Shown one piece after another: positions 38,669-48,608 of a stretch of 64,000 nucleotides of DNA; position 1 is the stretch's first letter, and each line of letters opens with the position of its first letter. Origin of the DNA: Candidatus Bathyarchaeota archaeon (lineage in GTDB: Archaea > Thermoproteota > Bathyarchaeia > Bathyarchaeales > Bathycorpusculaceae); assembly GCA_963733095.1 (NCBI GenBank), contig CAVTBV010000003.1, forward strand, positions 1 to 64,000, written 5' to 3'. The notes under the pieces were generated by a model that had not been told where the DNA came from, ran no database searches, and saw nothing but the letters and a program-made list of their open reading frames with translations. A program made the translations under genes and the position numbers.

Positions 38669-40141
38669 ATGACGGTCATTAATTCTGTAACGTGTCCAAT
38701 CTGCGGTTGCTTATGCGATGACATAGAAGTGACCGTTGAGAATAACGAAGTCGTCAAAATCAAAAACGGTTGTGCCATTTGCGAGTCTAAATTCATCGGT
38801 TACCGTGGCGAACACAGGGTTAAAACTCCATTAATGAGAAAGGATGGGAAACTTGTTCCAGTTTCCATGAATGAAGCAGTGCAAGCAGCGGCGGAGATTT
38901 TAGCGAATGCGACTTACCCGATACTCTATGGTTGGAGCTCAACGAGTTCTGAAGCTCAACGCGTCGGAGTAGAATTAACTGAAGAAATCAGCGGAATCAT
39001 GGACAACACCGCTGTAGTTTGCCATGGTCCCTCTATTTTGGGTGTTCAAGAAGTAGGAATTCCCACATGTACTTTGGGGCAGATTCGGCATCGTGCAGAC
39101 TTAATTATTTATTGGGGATGTGACCCGTGGAGTGCACATCCAAGGCACCTTGAAAGATACACAAACTTCACTGAAGGCCGATTTGAGAAAAGCGCGTGGA
39201 AGGCTTACATGCAGAAACTCAAATCTCAAGCCGGACAAAAAAAGATGCTGAGCGCCATGAGAATTGAACCTAGTACTACTCAGATAAGAACCCAGACTTG
39301 CGCTGTTCCCGGTATGCCTCAAACAATGAACACAGAAGGGCGAAAACTAATCGTTATTGACGTTAGAAAAACTATGTCTGCAGAGATGGCTGATTACTTC
39401 ATTCAGGTTGCACCAAATAAAGACTACGAACTGATGCAGGCGCTTCGCGTCTTAGTCACTGATGGAGAACTCGATGTTGACACAGTGGCAGGTGTTTCGG
39501 TTGAGTTCCTCAAACAAGTCGCCGATGCCTTAGTAAACTGTGGGTTCGGAGTAATCTTCTTCGGTATGGGCTTAACTCAAACCGCAGGCAAATTCCGCAA
39601 CATCGAAGTCGCAATCCAACTGGTTCGCGACTTAAACACAAGAACAAAATTCACAATCATGCCAATGAGAGGACACTTCAACGTTACAGGCGCAGACGTG
39701 GTTTCTGCTTGGCAAAGCGGCTACCCATACGGCGTTGACTTCTCACTTGGGTATCCACGTTATAATCCAGGAGAAACGACATGCACGGACATTCTTTTGC
39801 GTGAAGAAAACGATGCGTCACTTGTTATAGCGGCTGATCCTGGCTCAAACTTTCCCAAGAAAGCCGTCCAAAACATGGTTAAGCACCCATTAATCGTGAT
39901 CGACCCCCACATGAACGCTACTTCAATGTTGGGTGACATTGTGTTCCCCACTGCGTTCGTCGGAATAGAAGTCGAAGGTACAGCGTACCGCATGGATCAC
40001 GTTCCACTGCCGCTTAAGAAGGTTGTGGAACCTCCAAAAGGAATACTTTCAGACGAAGAAATCTTGACGAGAATCCTGAAGGAAGTCAAAGAAATAAAAT
40101 CTAAAAAAAACCCAAAAGCCGCAAAAAAAGCGGAGGCTTAA
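38669..40141 (+). CDS. fwdB: formylmethanofuran dehydrogenase subunit B
   Basis: CPICGCLCDD, VCHGPS, TLGQIRHRAD, HPRH, MRGHFNVTG. Confidence 0.96.
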   Translation: MTVINSVTCPICGCLCDDIEVTVENNEVVKIKNGCAICESKFIGYRGEHRVKTPLMRKDGKLVPVSMNEAVQAAAEILANATYPILYGWSSTSSEAQRVGVELTEEISGIMDNTAVVCHGPSILGVQEVGIPTCTLGQIRHRADLIIYWGCDPWSAHPRHLERYTNFTEGRFEKSAWKAYMQKLKSQAGQKKMLSAMRIEPSTTQIRTQTCAVPGMPQTMNTEGRKLIVIDVRKTMSAEMADYFIQVAPNKDYELMQALRVLVTDGELDVDTVAGVSVEFLKQVADALVNCGFGVIFFGMGLTQTAGKFRNIEVAIQLVRDLNTRTKFTIMPMRGHFNVTGADVVSAWQSGYPYGVDFSLGYPRYNPGETTCTDILLREENDASLVIAADPGSNFPKKAVQNMVKHPLIVIDPHMNATSMLGDIVFPTAFVGIEVEGTAYRMDHVPLPLKKVVEPPKGILSDEEILTRILKEVKEIKSKKNPKAAKKAEA

Positions 40142-40144
40142 AAA

Positions 40145-41839
40145 ATGACTGAGATGCTCATAAAAAATGGTTTCGTTTTTGACCCCATTAACGGGATTAA
40201 CGGCGAAAAGATGGATATAGCCATAAAAAATGGTAAAATCGTTGAAAAAGTCACACGCAAAGCCCAAGTAATCGATGCAGCAGGCTTAACAATTATGCCT
40301 GGCGCTGTCGACATTCACACTCACATTGCAGGCGGAGAAGTAAACACCGGAAGAATGGTTCGCCCAGAAGACCATATTAAAGATGTAGTCAGCAAAACGG
40401 TTAACACACGGTCAGGAACGGGTTACTCGATTCCCTCCACATTTGTGACTGGTTACCGATATTCACAGATGGGTTACACCACAGTCATGAACCCATCTAT
40501 GGCGCCTCTGGAAGCAAAACATACTCACGAAGAATTAAACGACATACCCCTTCTAGACAAAGCCACATATCCTTTGCTGGGTGACTGGTGGTTTGTACTA
40601 GAAAACCTTGCAAAAGGCAACATCGAAGAATGCGCAAGACATGTCGCTTGGATGATGGATATAACCAAAGGTTACGCCATAAAAATCGTTAACCCAGGCG
40701 GCTTAGAATCTTGGGGTTTCGGACACAACGTTCACAGCATCGACGACCAAGTTCCCAACTTCTGTATTACCCCACGCGAAATCATATGTGGTCTAGCTAA
40801 AGTTAATGCAATGCTAAACTTGCCTCACTCGATTCACCTTCATACTAACAACCTTGGACTACCAGGCAATTATACAACAACACTTGAAACAATGAAGGCA
40901 CTAGAAAGCGTTCCGCTCCAAAATGGCAGACCCGTTTGCCACATTACTCACTTGCAATTCGCCAGTTTCGGCGGTGACGGCTGGGGCAACATGAAGTCAG
41001 CAGCAGAAGAAGTCTCAAGTTACATCAACGCTCACAACCACATGACCTTCGACATGGGGCAAGTCATATTTACAGACACCACAACTATGACTGCAGATGG
41101 ACCATTCGAGTTTACACTCTACCAACTAAGCGGACACAAGTGGGTCAACAGCGACGTAGAAACCGAAACAAGCGGCGGCATCATCCCATTCCACTACAAG
41201 AAAAACAACGCCGTGAACGCAAAACAGTGGTCAATCGGCTTAGAATTGGCCTTACTAATCAAGGATCCCTGGAAAATGTTCCTATCAACTGACCACCCCA
41301 ACGGTGGACCCTTCTTTGCTTATCCAAGAGTTCTCGCTTGGCTATACAGCAAAAAAGCACGCGAGGCAACCCTGAAGCATTGCCACAAGAAAGCTCAAAG
41401 GGCAAGCCTACTACCAACAATTGACCGTGAAATGTCGCTCTATGAATTAGCCATAATGACTCGCGCTGGACAAGCCAAAGCCTTAGGACTCAAAAACAAA
41501 GGTCAACTTGGCGTAGGCGCAGATGGTGATGTTGCAATTTACGCGATTAACCCTGAAACAACCGACATAGCCAGCAAATACAAGACAGTGCGTAGAGCCT
41601 TCAAGCATGCAGCTTACACGATTAAAGACGGCAAAATCGTTGTCAAAGACGGCGAAGTAGTCGGACAAGCAGACGGGAGAACAATGTGGCTCAACGTTCA
41701 AACAAAAGAACCCTGCAAAATCGACGAAGACATGAAGAGCAAATTCAAACAGTACTGGACGGTTGACTACGAAAACTATCCAGTAAGCGATCATTACGTC
41801 AAAGTTAAAGATCCAATAACCATTAAGGCGAGCGTCTAA
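40145..41839 (+). CDS. fwdA: formylmethanofuran dehydrogenase subunit A
   Basis: DIHTHIAG, KIVNPGG, HLHTNNLG, STDHPNGG amidohydrolase motifs. Confidence 0.97.
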   Translation: MTEMLIKNGFVFDPINGINGEKMDIAIKNGKIVEKVTRKAQVIDAAGLTIMPGAVDIHTHIAGGEVNTGRMVRPEDHIKDVVSKTVNTRSGTGYSIPSTFVTGYRYSQMGYTTVMNPSMAPLEAKHTHEELNDIPLLDKATYPLLGDWWFVLENLAKGNIEECARHVAWMMDITKGYAIKIVNPGGLESWGFGHNVHSIDDQVPNFCITPREIICGLAKVNAMLNLPHSIHLHTNNLGLPGNYTTTLETMKALESVPLQNGRPVCHITHLQFASFGGDGWGNMKSAAEEVSSYINAHNHMTFDMGQVIFTDTTTMTADGPFEFTLYQLSGHKWVNSDVETETSGGIIPFHYKKNNAVNAKQWSIGLELALLIKDPWKMFLSTDHPNGGPFFAYPRVLAWLYSKKAREATLKHCHKKAQRASLLPTIDREMSLYELAIMTRAGQAKALGLKNKGQLGVGADGDVAIYAINPETTDIASKYKTVRRAFKHAAYTIKDGKIVVKDGEVVGQADGRTMWLNVQTKEPCKIDEDMKSKFKQYWTVDYENYPVSDHYVKVKDPITIKASV

Positions 41840-41840
41840 A

Positions 41841-42653
41841 ATGATAGTCCTAACCCCTCTGAAAAAATTCACTTTCCCAGTAACCGCTGAATGCATAAAC
41901 CCAGACATATTCCAAGGCAAAGACTCCGCTGAAATAGCCAACCTCACGGTTTTTGAAGGCAACAAGTCAAGGAGGCTAAGCGACCTCTTTAAAATCAGAG
42001 AAGACAACGCAGAAGCGACTATAACCATAAACGGTGACGTAAGTAAAGTCCGCAAAATCGGCGCAGGCATGAAGACCGGCGAAATTGTTATCAACGGCAA
42101 CGTCGGCATGCACCTTGGTGAGAAGATGGCAGGCGGCAAAATAACTGTTAACGGTGATGCATGTCAATGGGCAGGCGCCTCGATGAAGAAAGGCTTGATC
42201 GAAATTCATGGAAACGCTGGCGACTATTTAGCTTCTCCTTACCGAGGAAGTACCGAAGGCATGAAGGGTGGCAAAATCATTGTTGACGGCGACGTGGGTA
42301 GTGATTCAGGCGCTTATCTGCATGGTGGGTTAATCAAGATAAAAGGCGACAACGTCGGTCAATTCTTAGGGTATCACATGAGCAATGGTACAATCCACGT
42401 TGAAAAGAACGCCACCACAAGAGCAGGTACAAACATGACTGGTGGAAAAATCATTATTTCAGGTCGCGTAGAAGAGGTTATGCCCAGCTTCACTATCGAC
42501 AGCGTAAAAACAAAAGTTAAGGTTGACGACACAGAGTCGGCAGCTGGTCCGTTTTACGTGTTCCTCGGCGACCTCGCAGAGAGAGGCACAGGAAAACTCT
42601 TTGTCTCAAAAGCTAACAATCCACACCTGAAAACATACGAAAAATACCTCTAA
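41841..42653 (+). CDS. fwdC: formylmethanofuran dehydrogenase subunit C
   Basis: Repeated GxxMxGGxIxVxG beta-helix motifs. Confidence 0.96.
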   Translation: MIVLTPLKKFTFPVTAECINPDIFQGKDSAEIANLTVFEGNKSRRLSDLFKIREDNAEATITINGDVSKVRKIGAGMKTGEIVINGNVGMHLGEKMAGGKITVNGDACQWAGASMKKGLIEIHGNAGDYLASPYRGSTEGMKGGKIIVDGDVGSDSGAYLHGGLIKIKGDNVGQFLGYHMSNGTIHVEKNATTRAGTNMTGGKIIISGRVEEVMPSFTIDSVKTKVKVDDTESAAGPFYVFLGDLAERGTGKLFVSKANNPHLKTYEKYL

Positions 42654-42655
42654 TT

Positions 42656-42907
42656 TCATTTTTGTTTATTTTGAAAGCTCTTTAAAACTTTTCTTCTATC
42701 CAAGTAGCTCATTAGTATCACTATAAGAAACGCTAGTAAGATTACCATTCCGATGGTTGAAATAATAGCGAGGTATATGTCGATGTATATTTTTAAAACT
42801 ATGTACCTGTAAAAATTGCTTGTTGCACCAAAAATAAAAAATGCTTCCAACGCTAAAAGTCCTATGACGGCTAAGTGGTCTTTATTTTTTTGGTTTAGTG
42901 GTGTTAT
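42656..42907 (-). CDS. small two-TM membrane protein
   Basis: Two hydrophobic segments; frame extends to ATA 42907 behind GAGGAG. Confidence 0.5.
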   Translation of the reverse strand: MTPLNQKNKDHLAVIGLLALEAFFIFGATSNFYRYIVLKIYIDIYLAIISTIGMVILLAFLIVILMSYLDRRKVLKSFQNKQK

Positions 42908-43101
42908 TTTTTTTTGCTCCTCAGAGAACTGAGCCTTTAAGGGTAACTAGTTATTCTATTTAACTATTGTAACAGATATTTCTTAGCCCTTTGAATCAAT
43001 CCTTCAATTTCTAATCAATAAACAATTTTTGTATTTTCCAAGAAGCCGAATGCCTTATCAACAGCGCTGAGTTCAAAAACAATACTGTAGAGGACAAAGT
43101 T

Positions 43102-43887
43102 ATGCGTCAAGTTGACATTTTAAAAATTGATTTGTCCAATAGAAAAACCCAAAAAATAGTTGATTTCGTCGCAGAAGAAGTTCCACTTCAATTATTCGTT
43201 AACACAACTTTTTGGGCAACTATACTCTGCTCACCCACAAACCTGAAAGAACTCGCAGTCGGGCACCTGCTCTCTGAAGGCATCCTTAAATCTATTGACG
43301 AAATTGAGGATGTAATCCTAAAACAAAAAGAAAACACCTGCATTGTAAGGCTGAAAATAGACATTAACGTTGAGGATAGGGTTCAAATTTCCAGGCTTCA
43401 TGCGAGGGTTATTGCTTCAGCCTGCGGTAGCGGCTCACCCTACCAGTACAAAGGCAAGGTTCCCAACGTCGATTCAACTTTAACGGTTAAAGCGCAAGTA
43501 GTTTTTGAGAGCGTTAACCAGCTTAACTTTAAAGCCGAAGGATTCAGGCAAACGGGGGGCTTACATGTCGCTGCAATTTACAAGGGTGATGGGTCGTTGG
43601 TCTCGTTGGCTGAGGATGTTGGTAGGCACAACGCTGTGGACAAAGTGATTGGTATGGCGGCTTTAGGTAAGGTGGATTTTGGCAGGTGTTTTGTGGCTTT
43701 AAGCGGGCGCATTTCTGGTGATGTTGCTTTCAAGGCAGCTAAGGTCGGTTTACCCATAGTCGCTTCGTTGTCGGCTGCCCTTTCCTCAGGAATTAAAACA
43801 GCCGAAGAATCAAACGTTACTTTAGCTGGGTTTGTACGTGGAAAACGCCTAAACATCTACACTGTTCCCGAACGAATTATTATTTAA
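43102..43887 (+). CDS. fdhD: formate dehydrogenase accessory sulfurtransferase FdhD
   Basis: VAEEVPL, SACG, TGGLHVAA, EDVGRHNAVDKVIG, SGRIS, GFVRG. Confidence 0.96.
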   Translation: MRQVDILKIDLSNRKTQKIVDFVAEEVPLQLFVNTTFWATILCSPTNLKELAVGHLLSEGILKSIDEIEDVILKQKENTCIVRLKIDINVEDRVQISRLHARVIASACGSGSPYQYKGKVPNVDSTLTVKAQVVFESVNQLNFKAEGFRQTGGLHVAAIYKGDGSLVSLAEDVGRHNAVDKVIGMAALGKVDFGRCFVALSGRISGDVAFKAAKVGLPIVASLSAALSSGIKTAEESNVTLAGFVRGKRLNIYTVPERIII

Positions 43888-44935
43888 AGGCTAATTTCTC
43901 GACTTGCGATTCGCACCACGACTTATTTGCTAGTGCCCTTTCTGCCAACAAATAACAGCTGTTATCCTCATAGATTTTTGCTTCTAAACCGTAGTTCTTG
44001 GCAGCCTTTAAGAGAACTTTTTTGATTTTCTCGACCAATTGGTCCCTGCCGCATTTCTCAAGAGAACCACGCAGAGTTTTTGCTTCATACTCACGACTAA
44101 CCGCCGCCCAAAACGCAGCTGAATCTTCCCTCTCGAACCAAACAGCGCATTCCAAAAATTCCTTTGTTGCTCCCAAAAAATCGGATTTGTCTCGTTTCAA
44201 GGATGCTTCGCCAAGGCGCCGAATTTCCCCAACAGCTAAGTTCCCGAGGTTTAAGCGTATGTTTTCGACAAATCCGCCTTTTCCCTGACGGGGAATCAGC
44301 CGATTTAGGTCTTCTTGGCAATTTATGTTTATGAAACTTTCAAGTTTAGGATCTAAGGTTTTAATTTCGCCAAGAGGGGAAACAAGCAAAGTCTTTGACG
44401 CTCCCCGTATGATGTCGTCTGGGTGTGAGCGCTCAAGTTGGCAGAGGACAGTTGCGATTTCTAAGGCACTTTTTCGCTCTAGCACCATGAGGAGTGTTTC
44501 GAGTCTTCCGTTAGGCCACATTGGAACCGCAACTAATGAACTTTTGATTTGGCCAAAAAAGTATTCGGCGACTTTTGAGTTAAGTTTGGGTACATCACAT
44601 GGAACAGTAATGCAGTAGTCCGCATCGGTTGATTTTAGACCAGTTAGAATCGCGATTAAAGGTCCGCTTAGATTATTGACTTTCAAATCAGAAACTATTT
44701 TTGCCGTTTGAATCTGATATTTGCTTAGAACATCTTGATATTGGGATATTCTCGTTTGGTTTTCGTTAACTACAACAACTATTTCGTCAACGACATTTTG
44801 GATGTTTTGGCAAGCGTGGACTAATAGAGGTTTCTCATCAAGCATGGCAAGGGCCTTATCTTGCCAATTGTCCTGGGTGGTTTGGAATCTTTTGGCTTTG
44901 CCCCCTGCAAGAATGATTGCTGCCCGCTTTGTCAT
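43880..44935 (-). CDS. mobA: molybdenum cofactor guanylyltransferase with C-terminal helical extension
   Basis: IILAGGKAKRF, DKALA, GPLIAI, PCDVP, FININCQEDL. Confidence 0.88.
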   Translation of the reverse strand: MTKRAAIILAGGKAKRFQTTQDNWQDKALAMLDEKPLLVHACQNIQNVVDEIVVVVNENQTRISQYQDVLSKYQIQTAKIVSDLKVNNLSGPLIAILTGLKSTDADYCITVPCDVPKLNSKVAEYFFGQIKSSLVAVPMWPNGRLETLLMVLERKSALEIATVLCQLERSHPDDIIRGASKTLLVSPLGEIKTLDPKLESFININCQEDLNRLIPRQGKGGFVENIRLNLGNLAVGEIRRLGEASLKRDKSDFLGATKEFLECAVWFEREDSAAFWAAVSREYEAKTLRGSLEKCGRDQLVEKIKKVLLKAAKNYGLEAKIYEDNSCYLLAERALANKSWCESQVEKLAFK

Positions 44936-44991
44936 TTAATTATCTTGATAGTAGAAATCAGGGCAGTTAATCTAATTTTCTTGGAGTTAGC

Positions 44992-45534
44992 TCACTTTTG
45001 CCTCGTGTTCAAATGAGATTTTACTATTTCCAGAAGTTTGGGTCCTTCATCAGGCAAGTCAATGAATGGTGTACTGTTGGAGGGTTGCTTAGTTTTTGCG
45101 ACTAAACCCGAAATTGCAAGAATCGGCGGAATGGACGCTTTTAGTGTTGTTTGGAGGTCTTCCCATGTTTTTGCCGTTATGATTTTTAGGATTTCTGGTC
45201 TTTTCGAAATTTCGCCTTTAAATCCTTCGATGAAGACAATATCCAACTGCTCGTTTTCCAGCTGTTTTATCACCTTGTCTAAATCGTTTAGAGCGGCATC
45301 AGTTTTTTTTATAATTGCTATTTCTTGAGGCGAGATAGCCACTGTTATCTTCGATCCAGCTTTGCTGAATCTCCAGGTGTTGGTTCCTTCTTTGTCGATG
45401 GTGAAGCCTTCTCGGTGGATGTGTTTTATTGCGCCGACTTCGTATCCTTCACTGCTAAGCTTAGAAATTAAGTATTCGAGCGTGGTCGTTTTTCCTGAAC
45501 CACTAATTCCAACGGCAGCAATTAATACAACCAT
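44992..45534 (-). CDS. mobB: molybdopterin-guanine dinucleotide biosynthesis protein B
   Basis: GISGSGKTT, AIKHIH, DKEGTNT, FIEGFK. Confidence 0.93.
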   Translation of the reverse strand: MVVLIAAVGISGSGKTTTLEYLISKLSSEGYEVGAIKHIHREGFTIDKEGTNTWRFSKAGSKITVAISPQEIAIIKKTDAALNDLDKVIKQLENEQLDIVFIEGFKGEISKRPEILKIITAKTWEDLQTTLKASIPPILAISGLVAKTKQPSNSTPFIDLPDEGPKLLEIVKSHLNTRQK

Positions 45535-45863
45535 TTGGCAGTTTCCTCTTCTGGAAGACAATTTATTGGGCTTTAATAAACTCGGCGATTTAGCTCTCTG
45601 CATAATTTTCTCTACAACCCAAAAGAAAGCCCAAACTGGGGACTAATTCAGGTAATCAAAATTGAAAAGACCAAAAACCTAAGAAAACTCTATATGGTAA
45701 GACGTAAAAAACGTCCTGTTAAAACTTCTGAGGCTTTCTGGGAATTCTGCAAAAACGACAGATTCGAAGACGAAGCTATCTATTGCCCAACAGATTAACG
45801 TTTTTTAATAAATTTAGTTTGCTTTGATCTTATGGCTGAATTCAATTTAGGTTTAAATCTGAA

Positions 45864-45915
45864 AGTTGTTGCAACCGATCTGCAGAATGCAGTTGCAGCA
45901 ACAACAACAACTTCT
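45864..45915. repeat. palindromic dispersed element, copy B
   Basis: AGTTGTTGCAACCGATCTGCAGAATGCAGTTGCAGCAACAACAACAACTTCT, near-identical to the reverse complement of 4957-5014. Confidence 0.85.
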
Positions 45916-46166
45916 ATTGTTTGTCGTTGATATCGCTCGTTTTCAACTTTAAAGTTAACTGGATTTTGTATTAATTTGTCTTTGAAATATGCAACAAGGT
46001 CAATGTTCAAAATTCAATTGCGGCAGCAACTTCTTCTGTGCCCGTAGTTAATCCCACTCCGTTCAACAATTCAGGCAGTTAAGCACTTAGTTTAAGGAGT
46101 CTTTGAAAGAAGAAAAAAAACCCTTTTTCAAAAAAAACAGGCTATCCTATACTCTGCCGGTTTAGC

Positions 46167-46496
46167 CTATTCTGTGTCTTCTTCAAGTTTTACCCAGATT
46201 TTGCCAGACTCAATTTTCCAATCGTACTTTGTCAGCTTGAATCCGGGTCCATCCTCATATTCCCCTGTTTCTAAATCAAATCGCCAATCATGACATGGAC
46301 AAACAATAACCAACCCATCAAGCGTGCCGCCTGAGAAACCGCATGCCATGTGGGGGCAGCGATTATTGATGGTGAAGATTTTGCCCTGTTGTTTTATGAT
46401 CAAAACGGGTGTGCCTTCAACAGAGACAAGTTGCATTTTGCCTTCCTGTAATTCTTTTTCATCCAAAACCGGAATGTACTCTTCTGAATTTTCCAT
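46167..46496 (-). CDS. Rieske [2Fe-2S] ferredoxin
   Basis: CPHM...CPCHDWRFD Rieske motifs. Confidence 0.93.
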   Translation of the reverse strand: MENSEEYIPVLDEKELQEGKMQLVSVEGTPVLIIKQQGKIFTINNRCPHMACGFSGGTLDGLVIVCPCHDWRFDLETGEYEDGPGFKLTKYDWKIESGKIWVKLEEDTE

Positions 46497-46624
46497 AAGT
46501 TATAACCACGAGAGTTTATTGATTAATTTGTTAAACAAAGATTAGAACTTAATCCTAAACTTTAGTTTATTTCGCTTTAAAGGCTAAGATATCTACAGGA
46601 GTAGGCATGCAATAATTTTCAAAT

Positions 46625-48256
46625 TTACTGGTTTCTGAACTTCAAGAACCAGACTGCGCCGCCAACCGCGGAAACTGCAACCAATCCAATGATGATGAAT
46701 AGTGAGTATTTTACGTAGATCGGCGGTTCTTTTACAGTTATCATAACCTGTCCACTATCAGCTCTCCAAGAAGTTGGAGTTTCAAGCGAAGATGCACTAA
46801 CAGCCCACATGCCCGATGAATCCGGTTTGTAGCTTCCTGTAAAATTACCGCTCTCACCTACTGTGCAGTTGACGGTTTGGGTAGAATTGCTGCTGAAAAA
46901 CTGCACTTCAACGTTTGAAGCATTCTCAGTTGGAGTAAGCTGTCCTGTGACAGTGATGTTTTCCCCGAGAACCATGGTATCTTTAACGGCTGTGATGTTT
47001 AGGGTTGGTTGTTGCTTGACGGTGTAATTGCCCGTTGCAGTTATATTGTTCTTTAAGACATCGTATGCGCATATTTGGTACTGCACCACTGAGCCTGCTG
47101 TTTGACCTGGAATCGTGGCATTGCATGTTTGGTTGCTGATTGCCATGTCAACATTGGTGGTGGTGTTCCAGTTGTTAGTAGTGTAGGAAAGTTGAGCGTT
47201 TTCCAGGCTGGCGTTGTTTGATTCGTAGGCGATTTCTGCTGGGATATTTGGCAGAATCTTTGTTTGTTTAACTAAGGATGTGAGAGAGGTGTTTCCAAAC
47301 TGGGTTTTAAGCATGAATTCGATGTTGCCTTGGCCTTTCTCACCGATTAGAACCAGATGGTAGAGTGTTGTTCCGTTAATGCTTGGTGCAGTGTAGTTTA
47401 GGAACATTGATTTTCCCATGTACTCGCAGCTTGCATATGCCACGCCTCGGTAGCCGTTGCTTACAAAGTTGTAGCCACCCACCGCGCCTGTTAGGTTCCC
47501 GTACAATCCCGATTCCAGGGGCAGTGGAAAAGAGTTTAGAGTTGGCGACTTGGCGTTATTCATCAAGTAAAGTCTAGCTTCATACATGTCCAGTGTTTGG
47601 GGAACTTTTACGTACAATTCAACATAGGATGCGTTTGTGGCGTACTCGTAGGCCCAGTTTGTGTAGAAGTTTGAATCGTTTCCGTTTGCACCTTCCATTG
47701 GGGTGGTGTACCATTTGTCGGTTTGTAGATTTTCGATTATCATAAATGTGGCTTGCTGTGCACTTTCGCTGTCGACTGGGTTGTTTTCTATTACAAATGA
47801 GTAGTTACCTGTTTGAGTCGGGGTGAAGAGCGCGTCATTCACGGTTGTGCCTAAGTGTTCTGGAAGGCCTGCGGCTTCGGTGTGTGTGCTCTCCAGGGTT
47901 CCTTGTTGGTTAAAGACTGATATGTCGTAGTCTGTTTTTGCCTGCGATGAGGTGTTTATGTATGCTCCGTAGAAGTAAACGTGGTAGTTATAGTTTGCTT
48001 GTAGCGGGCAAATAATTGTCCAGTTGCTGCCGATCTGTATTTGGGAATTGTTTATCATTACTGGGAATATTGGTTTTTCAATGTACGTATAGTTTCCTTG
48101 GTTAGAGTTTATGACTGTGTGCACGTAGGTGGTATATTCTGAAGTGGTGGTTAACTGCATAACGGCAGCTTGGGCTAAAAACATGGGGCATAGGATTAGC
48201 GCTAGGATTGTAATCAGTGATAGGATTTTTGTTGATGGGTGGGTTTTTTGTTGCAT
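46625..48256 (-). CDS. cell-surface protein with Ig-like domains and C-terminal TM
   Basis: Signal peptide, many NxS/T sequons, beta-rich domains, C-terminal anchor. Confidence 0.8.
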   Translation of the reverse strand: MQQKTHPSTKILSLITILALILCPMFLAQAAVMQLTTTSEYTTYVHTVINSNQGNYTYIEKPIFPVMINNSQIQIGSNWTIICPLQANYNYHVYFYGAYINTSSQAKTDYDISVFNQQGTLESTHTEAAGLPEHLGTTVNDALFTPTQTGNYSFVIENNPVDSESAQQATFMIIENLQTDKWYTTPMEGANGNDSNFYTNWAYEYATNASYVELYVKVPQTLDMYEARLYLMNNAKSPTLNSFPLPLESGLYGNLTGAVGGYNFVSNGYRGVAYASCEYMGKSMFLNYTAPSINGTTLYHLVLIGEKGQGNIEFMLKTQFGNTSLTSLVKQTKILPNIPAEIAYESNNASLENAQLSYTTNNWNTTTNVDMAISNQTCNATIPGQTAGSVVQYQICAYDVLKNNITATGNYTVKQQPTLNITAVKDTMVLGENITVTGQLTPTENASNVEVQFFSSNSTQTVNCTVGESGNFTGSYKPDSSGMWAVSASSLETPTSWRADSGQVMITVKEPPIYVKYSLFIIIGLVAVSAVGGAVWFLKFRNQ

Positions 48257-48608
48257 GGATTGCTCAGCTTGTAAGTGTTATTAGCTAAGTTGTTGCGTGC
48301 TTAACAATAATGGTTGTGAAGGCTGAATCTATATTTCCAAGAAGTCCCTAAAATTTGTGTGACTTTCCTTGTTTGGCAGGTTGATAGATGCAAACTTTGT
48401 CTGCTTAGCAGTTTTTTGTTTAGGGATTTTAGTTTTTGTAATTTTGGTTTTGGGGCTTTCTGGGTGTTTTGAGGATTTATTTTTTATTCAGATTTGGAGT
48501 TTGGTTTTGGTTTACGTATTTGGAAGCAATACAGGGTGTATTGAATCGTGCTACGGAAGACATTAATAAGGAATTGCGAGTCTTACTTGCTACAGGTGAA
48601 AATAAACA

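Noticed and set aside
38669-40141. Selenocysteine in FwdB
   Set aside because: The active-site codon encodes Cys (VCHG) and there is no in-frame TGA.
41483-42139. 218-aa minus-strand ORF
   Set aside because: Antisense to fwdA/fwdC; shadow ORF.
48369-48566. Hydrophobic 65-aa ORF upstream of the pilins
   Set aside because: Arises from a T/G-rich divergent promoter region; no support as a gene.
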